DNA of 64,000 nt, taken from an uncultured virus (IMG/VR IMGVR_UViG_3300046500_000156). Its lineage: Duplodnaviria > Heunggongvirae > Uroviricota > Caudoviricetes > Schitoviridae. Location of the stretch: the IMG/VR virus record IMGVR_UViG_3300046500_000156, one strand, 5' to 3'. Below, piece by piece: positions 57,116-64,000 of this stretch; the stretch's first letter is position 1; the number at the start of each line of letters is the position of its first letter. The notes beneath the pieces were generated by a model. The model was given only the letters and a program-made list of their open reading frames with translations. It did not search any database and was not told the DNA's origin. Position numbers and translations under genes: made by a program.

Positions 57116-57466
57116 TCAGAGCCCGCCCTTGATGACCGACATCACCTTCTTGGCTGCGCTCTCGTCCACCTTCGGAGGCGCGAGGAACTCGTCCTCGGTC
57201 ATGAAGCCGAGCGTGACGATGTTGTTGATCACCACATCGACGATGTCGATGGTCTGGAACTCTTCGCCGAGCTTCTTGAGCAGCTGCATCTGTACGGCCT
57301 GCTGCGCCTTGCCGATCATGGCCGAAGGAAGCTGGTCCTTGTCGCCCGTGATGGTGGCGTTCAGCGGAACCGAAGACGGCTGTGCGTTCTCGACACCCTT
57401 CACATGGAAGACGATGGTGGCCGAGACGAGGAAGAAGAAACGTTTCTTGGATGCGGGAGCTTTCAT
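57116..57466 (-). CDS. conserved N4-like hypothetical protein
   Basis: VVI.NI..LG.MT..EF motif; position after polymerase. Confidence 0.7.
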   Translation of the reverse strand: MKAPASKKRFFFLVSATIVFHVKGVENAQPSSVPLNATITGDKDQLPSAMIGKAQQAVQMQLLKKLGEEFQTIDIVDVVINNIVTLGFMTEDEFLAPPKVDESAAKKVMSVIKGGL

Positions 57467-57598
57467 GTGGGCCTCAATTGATGAAGAAGGGGAGCCGGTT
57501 TCCCTTGGCTCCCCTCAAACTTATTTCTAATGGACGGATGATAAAGGACGATTTCAGCGGTGTCTAGCGGTTAACTGCAACCCCAAACAAACCTCTAA

Positions 57599-60220
57599 TT
57601 ACGCAGCGAGTTTCTCCATGGCGGCATCGAGCACGGCGAGGATCTCCGGCTCTCTGGCCCCATTGGGAATGGTGATTTCGTTGGCCCAGGTCGGGAAGAA
57701 AATACCGACCTCGCCGCCGAGCTTCACCTGGTCATGCCAGATGTCCGGGTGGTCCTGCCACTGCACGGCCTTCACCAGGTGTTCGTTCATGAATTCGAGA
57801 CACTTCATGTCCTCATCCACCAGGTAATACTGGGCATCGTGGATGTGGGCGCAGGGCCGAATCCGTGTACGCATGTACGGGGCGGCCCGCACCTTTTCCA
57901 TGAACTCGACACCGGCTCGGGTGTTGAGCAGACACCAGCTCTGCCCGAGCGCATTGCCGGCAGTACGGCCTTCAGCTTCCGCTTCCCGTGGCGTCTTGCT
58001 CGTGCCACGGATCACCTGAGCCAGACGGGGAGTGCGAACCCTCAGACCAAAAGCCACGGTCACGTAACCATCCTTGGATGCTTTGTCGAGCTTGTCCTGC
58101 ACCCAGTCGATGCTCACCTTGTAGAGCGACTTGTACGCCGCCTCGATGGACATGGCCAGCGTGAGCGAAAAGCCGCAGTTCTTCATCAAGGTGGCATACG
58201 TCCCTTGATAGGTGAGGGCGAAGGTTGGTGCCTTGGACTTGCCGCGTAGCACGGAATACTTCCCGTCGATGGAGTTGATGCTGTCCACCGAATTGGGATC
58301 GATGTCTGGCATCTGCTCACCGAAGTACGAGTAAGCCCGCAGACAGTGTCCGTCATAGCCATCGGTGTAGACCTTGAGCTTGTTCGGATCCTTGGTCGTG
58401 AGCGCACTGATGCGATCCTCGAGCGAGGCGAAGTCCAGTCCCGCATAGATCTTGCCGGGTGGTGCTTCGACGCACTTCTTGATCATCTTGCCGTACTCGC
58501 CCTTGCGGCCCTTGTGGCCACCAGCTGGCAGGTTCTGCAGGTTCGGCTCATTGGATGACAGCCGTCCGGAGACGGTGCCGCCCAGGTTGAAGCCACCGAA
58601 CATGTAATACCAGCCGTCAGGACCGAGCTGAGCGTTCTCCATCGCCGGGATGAAGGTGCCCAGAATCTTCTCGACCAGCTTGAAGTCGAGCATGGCCTTC
58701 AGGAACTCCAGCATGTGTGGATCCTGGGTGTGGTTCTGCAACGCCTCGAAGGTCTTGGCGTTGGTCTTCGGCTGCCGGGTGGCGGACAGGTCGATGACTG
58801 GCAGACCGTGCACCTCGAAGAGCAGGTCTTGTAGCTGGGGCGCCGAGCGAGGATTGAACTCGCGCTCATCCTGCGGGCAGTCTGCGACCGTGACGCGCTT
58901 CTTTTTCAGGGTGGCGTTCTTCTTCTCCGCCCATTTCTCAGCCCGTCGATACGAATACTGCTGCGCAATCTTCGACTGGCTGATGATGGTCAGCGACCGG
59001 TCATAGTCGGTCTGCATTTCTGCTTTGACCTTCTTGACCGTCTGCATGTTGATGGGCAGGCCCGTCAACTGCATCTGGATGATGTCCACCGTTCCCGGTT
59101 TGAAAAGGGTCTGGTAGATGTTGAGCTGGTCATCCTTGACCATGGTCGGGTAGTGCTTGTTGTAGACGAACCAGGTAGACAGGCAGTCCACCAGGTTGTA
59201 TTCCAGCAACTGCGGCAGGGGGATCTTGGTGATGTCCTCGATCTCCGATTGCGCGTAGTTGCCGGCGAATGCCTGTGACTGGTCCTTCAGACCGAGACTG
59301 TTACCGGCACAGGAATTCGTCGCCAGATACGTGATCAGCAGCGTGCAGTCCCAGTTCCGGAGCATCACTTCGATGCCGTTGAGCAGGCCTTCGGTGTCGA
59401 CGATGTGCTTCATGTACAGCTGATAGATCAGGATGTACACGTCAAAAGCGATGCGGTGATAGGCCGCTTTCTGCTTGAGCCGGTTGAAGAACTTGCGCAG
59501 CAGCATGCGGCGGTGCTCGTTTCTCACCTGTCTGCCGAACGGGGCTTCGGTCGCTCCCTCGATGGGCACATAGTCCACCGGGAAGGCAATCCCTTCTCCC
59601 TGGTTCCAGGCGAAGCTGATGGTGCCGATGCCAGCGTTATAGTGCTTCAGGCCAAACGTCTCGATGTCAATCGACAGCGACACGTTCATGTCGATGAGCT
59701 TGTCCAGCCACGCCTCGATCTCCACATCCGTCTGAGGATAATCAGCGAATTTGATGATGCCGTGGCCGGGTGCCTTATAGGCGCCGGTTGCGTGCTCCAC
59801 CATGGCGTCGATGCCTTGCTTGATCTTCGCCCGGATACCGGTCGGATCGGCAAAGAGCGCTCTGAACGAAGGAATGTAGAGCACCTTCTGGTCGCCGAAC
59901 TTGGAGTCCATCACGTAGCCGAGATTGGCATCGCTCTTGTTGGCGCCGGTGAGCGTCTTGAAGTAGCCGGAGTCAGTCACAAGGATGTACTGCACCTTGT
60001 TGTCATCCAGCGTGCCTTGCAGCTGCTCCTTGATGTAGCGCTGCATCTCGGCAGCCGAAGTCTTCTTGCCGGTGAAGTGCAGGTCGAGCACCATCACGTC
60101 ATCCTGATGCACTTTCCCGCCCTCGGGAAAGTACGCACGGGCAATCTCATCCTTCATGATCTGACCGACCAGAAGACACACCGGATACTCCGGCTGCTGT
60201 GACCAAACGTGATGCCGCAT
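57599..60220 (-). CDS. DNA polymerase, family A, with 3'-5' exonuclease
   Basis: IDIET, GTVSGRLSSNEPNLQNLP, LDFASLEDR, R..SK..TFALTY.G, IHDA; start at MRHHVW. Confidence 0.96.
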   Translation of the reverse strand: MRHHVWSQQPEYPVCLLVGQIMKDEIARAYFPEGGKVHQDDVMVLDLHFTGKKTSAAEMQRYIKEQLQGTLDDNKVQYILVTDSGYFKTLTGANKSDANLGYVMDSKFGDQKVLYIPSFRALFADPTGIRAKIKQGIDAMVEHATGAYKAPGHGIIKFADYPQTDVEIEAWLDKLIDMNVSLSIDIETFGLKHYNAGIGTISFAWNQGEGIAFPVDYVPIEGATEAPFGRQVRNEHRRMLLRKFFNRLKQKAAYHRIAFDVYILIYQLYMKHIVDTEGLLNGIEVMLRNWDCTLLITYLATNSCAGNSLGLKDQSQAFAGNYAQSEIEDITKIPLPQLLEYNLVDCLSTWFVYNKHYPTMVKDDQLNIYQTLFKPGTVDIIQMQLTGLPINMQTVKKVKAEMQTDYDRSLTIISQSKIAQQYSYRRAEKWAEKKNATLKKKRVTVADCPQDEREFNPRSAPQLQDLLFEVHGLPVIDLSATRQPKTNAKTFEALQNHTQDPHMLEFLKAMLDFKLVEKILGTFIPAMENAQLGPDGWYYMFGGFNLGGTVSGRLSSNEPNLQNLPAGGHKGRKGEYGKMIKKCVEAPPGKIYAGLDFASLEDRISALTTKDPNKLKVYTDGYDGHCLRAYSYFGEQMPDIDPNSVDSINSIDGKYSVLRGKSKAPTFALTYQGTYATLMKNCGFSLTLAMSIEAAYKSLYKVSIDWVQDKLDKASKDGYVTVAFGLRVRTPRLAQVIRGTSKTPREAEAEGRTAGNALGQSWCLLNTRAGVEFMEKVRAAPYMRTRIRPCAHIHDAQYYLVDEDMKCLEFMNEHLVKAVQWQDHPDIWHDQVKLGGEVGIFFPTWANEITIPNGAREPEILAVLDAAMEKLAA

Positions 60221-60234
60221 CTCGTGAAGCTCCT

Positions 60235-60768
60235 TCAGTAAATCAGTCGGGTTGTTGCGTACAGCTGGATCTTCGGCAGGATCTTCTCGAACTGCCGTCT
60301 GTCCCTCGGGGTGAGATGACATGTCGCCTCCTCGAAAGGCATCGTGCGTTCCAGATTGGAGCCAGTGACAGCAACCAGGCACTCCGGCATCCGGTTGCGA
60401 AAGTCCTGCCGGTCATTCCAGCCATGCAGACACTTGAAGAGCGTCTGCTGGATCTGGTCTTTATCCAGGCGGAGTTCTCGCGTTTCCTTGAGCCACTTGT
60501 CCATCTGATCGTTCAGTGCGAACGCCAGATTGGATGCGCACTTGGTGGGAACCTTGACAGTGCGGCCATGCGCAAACACCTCACCGCCATACCGGAAGGC
60601 CAGCCAGCCCCGTTGTTCCGGGGGCAGGATCTCTTCGTGCATTTCCACGATGCGATCCAGTGCCTGCTGCATCCTTCGGCTCTCTGGCTCAAAAACTCGG
60701 TCCATGAACTGGGTGAGCCACTTGTACGTCTGGTTCCCTGCGGTGACAGGTAAGGGCTTGGTGGCCAT
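60235..60768 (-). CDS. conserved N4-like protein between helicase and polymerase
   Basis: F.Y.G..F, QD.R..MPECL; synteny. Confidence 0.75.
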   Translation of the reverse strand: MATKPLPVTAGNQTYKWLTQFMDRVFEPESRRMQQALDRIVEMHEEILPPEQRGWLAFRYGGEVFAHGRTVKVPTKCASNLAFALNDQMDKWLKETRELRLDKDQIQQTLFKCLHGWNDRQDFRNRMPECLVAVTGSNLERTMPFEEATCHLTPRDRRQFEKILPKIQLYATTRLIY

Positions 60769-60778
60769 GATCTTTCCT

Positions 60779-62077
60779 TTATCGGGTCATGCCTCCGAAC
60801 TTCTCGGCCAGGTCGCCATAGCAGACGACCCTTCGGCGAGCACGGCTGAAGGCGACATAGAGCAGGCGGGCAGCCTGGTCCGGATTGCGGCAGGTGGACA
60901 GGTCATCGAGATCGATGAACACCGTGTCGTAGGTGGAGCCTTGCGCCTTGTGGACGGTGGCCGCATCCCGCTGACGCAGATCCGGGTGGGTCTTTTTCAG
61001 GTCGTAATACATGAACCAGTTCTTCTGGCTCTTGTAGTACTTCAGCAGCCGGTCGAAGTGATCCCGGTCCACTGGCACTTCCACGTCGCGGTAGACCTCG
61101 TTGTAACGGTTGGCCAGCGTCGTGTGGATGATCTCGAGCTCCACGCCACCTTCGAGCTGGATCATCTCGGTGTCACCCTGGTAGATGATTTCGAGTTCCT
61201 CTTCCACGTGGATGGTCATGTTGCCCAGCATCACCGCGGAGTTGTTGATGAGGAATTCACCCACCGTGTAGTCGTTGCCCAAGCCCCGCATCTCACGGAT
61301 GTGGGCGTTGTAGTCCTTCACCCGGTTATTGGTGTAGGCGAGGATGCGCTTGTCGTGCGTCTGCTCGGCAAAGGCCTTGGCCACTTCCGCTTCCATCGCC
61401 GGGCCATCGAGCCAGTCGATGATGCCGGGGACAGCCCGGATGGGCTTGAAGACACCGGTTTTCACCGTCTCACGCAGCTGGGCGTTGGTCGCCTGCAGCT
61501 CGGGGATGGTGGTGCGCATCTGCTCTTCGAGCTCGAAGAAGGGCAGACTGGCGACATACACGGGGCTCACCGCTTCCATGATCGGGGAGAGCTGGCAGTG
61601 ATCGCCCACGTAGACGATCTTGCAGCCGTTGGTGCCTTCCAGGATCTTGTTGCGCAGGGGCGTATCGATCATCGAGGCTTCGTCGATGAAGAGAATCTTG
61701 TTGTGGTGCACCTTCCATTGTTTCCCTGGCTCAAGACGGGTCTGGCCGGTCCTGAAATCTTCCTTGATGATCAGGTTCAGGAACGAATGGATGGTTTGCG
61801 TGGGCCGTTTGGTGGCTTCCGCCAGCACTTCAGCGGCCTTGTTGGTGGTGGCCGTCATCACCACTTCGGTGAAGCGGGATTTCTCGCCAAGCATCTGGCA
61901 CATCTGCTCGTATTGGGGCATCACCTGATCGATCAGGTAGCTCATCAGGTACGTCTTGCCCACGCCTCCGGGGCCGGAGATGCAGAGTTCTTTGTCAGGA
62001 CCGAACAGGAATTGCATGAAGCCTTCCGCTGCGGCCTGCTGTCCGCTATTGAGCGGAATGGTTTTCAGTTGTTCCAT
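60779..62077 (-). CDS. SF1 Dda/RecD-like DNA helicase
   Basis: GPGGVGKT, ATTNKAA, IDEASM, VGD..QL, TVHKAQGST, YVAFSRAR. Confidence 0.95.
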   Translation of the reverse strand: MEQLKTIPLNSGQQAAAEGFMQFLFGPDKELCISGPGGVGKTYLMSYLIDQVMPQYEQMCQMLGEKSRFTEVVMTATTNKAAEVLAEATKRPTQTIHSFLNLIIKEDFRTGQTRLEPGKQWKVHHNKILFIDEASMIDTPLRNKILEGTNGCKIVYVGDHCQLSPIMEAVSPVYVASLPFFELEEQMRTTIPELQATNAQLRETVKTGVFKPIRAVPGIIDWLDGPAMEAEVAKAFAEQTHDKRILAYTNNRVKDYNAHIREMRGLGNDYTVGEFLINNSAVMLGNMTIHVEEELEIIYQGDTEMIQLEGGVELEIIHTTLANRYNEVYRDVEVPVDRDHFDRLLKYYKSQKNWFMYYDLKKTHPDLRQRDAATVHKAQGSTYDTVFIDLDDLSTCRNPDQAARLLYVAFSRARRRVVCYGDLAEKFGGMTR

Positions 62078-62149
62078 GTAGGTGTACTAAAGACGAGTGT
62101 GACCAATCCCTCCGGGGTGAGCCAGAGGGAAAGGATAGGGAGGGGTGTT

Positions 62150-62671
62150 TTAGACGGTTACGGCTTCGTCGTCAAAGACGGGGATGCGGGCCGGAACGAA
62201 CTGACCCAGATCGGCCTTGAAGTAGTTCGGGCCTTTCATGATCTTGCCGTTGGCATCGACGATGGGCTGGCCGTTGCTGTCGAACTTGGACCAGTTCGAT
62301 GCGTTGACCTCGTCGAGTGCTTCAACCACCGGGAAACCAGCATGCTGGCCCACGCCAGAGCTGGTGACGATCTGGTCACAGATGGAGTCGAGAAACTCCT
62401 GACGATCCTTGGGCTCGACCGTAATCGAGTTGGGATTCGTTTTCAGAAACTGAGCCAATGCCTTGAGGGCAACTCTCGCTTCATGCAGACGCCAGTCAGC
62501 TCCTGCCGTGACCGCGGTAAGCGCGTCAAGCATCTCTGCGACTTCTTCGAAGTGGACACCGAGCTGAGTATGGAACTGCTTGTTGGTTGGGGTAGGCCGT
62601 GCTGCCTCGAACCACGCAAGAGTTGCGCTCAAGGTATTAGGCTGCTTTCTTTGGCTTTGTTGGTTTGACAT
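62150..62671 (-). CDS. MazG-like NTP pyrophosphohydrolase
   Basis: HFEEVAE, LDSICDQIVT, EV..SNWSKF, GKIMKGPNY. Confidence 0.85.
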   Translation of the reverse strand: MSNQQSQRKQPNTLSATLAWFEAARPTPTNKQFHTQLGVHFEEVAEMLDALTAVTAGADWRLHEARVALKALAQFLKTNPNSITVEPKDRQEFLDSICDQIVTSSGVGQHAGFPVVEALDEVNASNWSKFDSNGQPIVDANGKIMKGPNYFKADLGQFVPARIPVFDDEAVTV

Positions 62672-62981
62672 CGGGTTTCCCACTCTTGGATAAATACTCC
62701 TCCACAAGCAGGTTTCTCACAAAGTCCTTGATGGAAATATGAGGGCCAAGCTGCTGAGTTAGCCATTCCTGCTGCTTTGGAGACAGTGACATGAAAACAT
62801 CTTCCATGAAGGTGCGCCGAGTGTCAGAGGGACTGACGCCAAGTGCCTTCAGGCGGATGGTGACGGTGGTGGGATGACAGCCCAGTACTTTGGCAATGGA
62901 GGACAAGGACAACCCAACTGAATTCAGTCGGATAATGTCCTCGTCTGTTGCCTTCCGGTTGGGCCGGTAAACGTTCGACAT
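62637..62981 (-). CDS. HTH DNA-binding protein conserved in N4-like phages
   Basis: IIRLNSVGLSLSSIAKVLGCHPTTV. Confidence 0.75.
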   Translation of the reverse strand: MSNVYRPNRKATDEDIIRLNSVGLSLSSIAKVLGCHPTTVTIRLKALGVSPSDTRRTFMEDVFMSLSPKQQEWLTQQLGPHISIKDFVRNLLVEEYLSKSGKPDVKPTKPKKAA

Positions 62982-63080
62982 AACTGCAACTCTCCTCAAA
63001 ATAACCTCTAGTTTGACATGACTAGAACTATCTTGGAAGAGAGGCCGGTTTACTGTGTCTTTTCCCACCAAACTCAGACT

Positions 63081-64000
63081 TTAGATCTGGAGCTTTTTCT
63101 TCAGTCGATAGACCTGGTCCTTGGACAGTCCGGTTTTGGAAGCAACTTCTGAATTAGCTTTGCCGGCTTTCAGGAGTTTCTTGGCTTTCTCCCACTGTCC
63201 ATCCGCAGCTTGGACAGCCGCCACCGGAGTGGACTTGACCGGGGCTTGAGCCTTCGGCTCGTTTACTGGCGCGGCTTCGCAGTTAAATGTCTTCTCGACA
63301 TCCTGGGCATCCTCGGCAGAAATGCCCAATACTGCCCAGCCTTTTCGAGTCGACTTACGGAAAGCCACCAGAGCTTGTGCTGCCTTTTGCTCTGCGGGGA
63401 ATGACATCGCCCCTTGGAATGCGGACAGCAGTTGCTGAGCCTTGTCCTTTTGGCTCAACTTAGTCTCGGATTTCGCCGTCTGGGTTTTGTCCACTTCGCC
63501 CGGCGAGGTTTCTTTGGGGTCAGTTGACATAATTGTTTTGATCGAACTTTCGTCCGGCTGCACCAGATCCGTGGCTTTCACGTCAGGAGCGACCGGGGCT
63601 TTCGCTTCCAGCGCTTCCTGCATGTCGAGCGTCTCGGCCTTGTCCAGTACTACGACTGCCGGCACTGTCCTGGACTTGCCCGGTTCCACGTCCGTGTAGG
63701 TGACATTCGTACCCTGATCGCCACCGACTTCCACATACTGGGTGATGCCGATGTGCTCGCCTCGCAGCACCTGAGCCAGGAGAAGCGCACCTTCCGGGTC
63801 CGAGCTGATTGAGCCGCCGTTGTTGACGATGGCTTTGAGCTTGGGCGGAAGATTGGCCACGATGTGGTAACCGCTCACCCGCATCTTGGTGTGGTCGTAT
63901 TCCGGCACCGCGAACACGTCCTCCGGACGGACCTTGGCGATGACCGTCACGTCGCCTGAGAAGTTGGCCATATACGAGAGCGCGCCTACGTGCAGGCCGT
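63081..64000 (-). CDS. rIIB-like protein (5' end outside window)
   Basis: GLHV...Y..NF.G....KV.PEDV.AVP.Y...K.RV..Y. Confidence 0.85.
   Translation of the reverse strand, partial: GLHVGALSYMANFSGDVTVIAKVRPEDVFAVPEYDHTKMRVSGYHIVANLPPKLKAIVNNGGSISSDPEGALLLAQVLRGEHIGITQYVEVGGDQGTNVTYTDVEPGKSRTVPAVVVLDKAETLDMQEALEAKAPVAPDVKATDLVQPDESSIKTIMSTDPKETSPGEVDKTQTAKSETKLSQKDKAQQLLSAFQGAMSFPAEQKAAQALVAFRKSTRKGWAVLGISAEDAQDVEKTFNCEAAPVNEPKAQAPVKSTPVAAVQAADGQWEKAKKLLKAGKANSEVASKTGLSKDQVYRLKKKLQI

Noticed and set aside
62637..62981. HTH protein as the lysogeny repressor
   Set aside because: It sits in the conserved middle operon beside rIIB and the MazG-like gene, as in lytic N4-like phages, and lacks a CI peptidase domain.

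Overview
The window is about 64 kb of an N4-like podovirus (Schitoviridae) genome, probably from a GC-rich betaproteobacterial host (inferred from tail-fibre motifs, not proven). It carries the N4 core: two-subunit RNAPII, gp1/gp2 cofactors, terminase, portal, major capsid protein, ejection proteins, a 3626-aa virion RNA polymerase, SSB, primase, family A DNA polymerase, helicase and rIIB. The sequence runs through the join of the two N4 genome ends (about 12.5-13.6 kb), so it is a circular molecule or a circularised assembly. The main anomaly is a plasmid maintenance cassette inserted between the two RNAPII subunit genes: ParA, a ribbon-helix-helix-like partner, a structured origin-like spacer and a RepL-like initiator, with a sigma70-like promoter and a downstream terminator. 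Matching 8-bp-periodic centromere-like boxes sit at five gene starts (parA and four early genes). Together these suggest a temperate N4-like phage-plasmid whose partition protein may also repress lytic genes. Other signals: three vRNAP hairpin promoters with a GTA loop, a first-expressed peptide ending in an SSB-tail mimic (DDSDIPF), a genome-wide (Y)nTGGYTC motif, two structured non-coding regions, a dif-like 28-mer and a candidate fused anti-defence sponge protein. All protein calls come from motif recognition and N4 synteny; no database searches were run.
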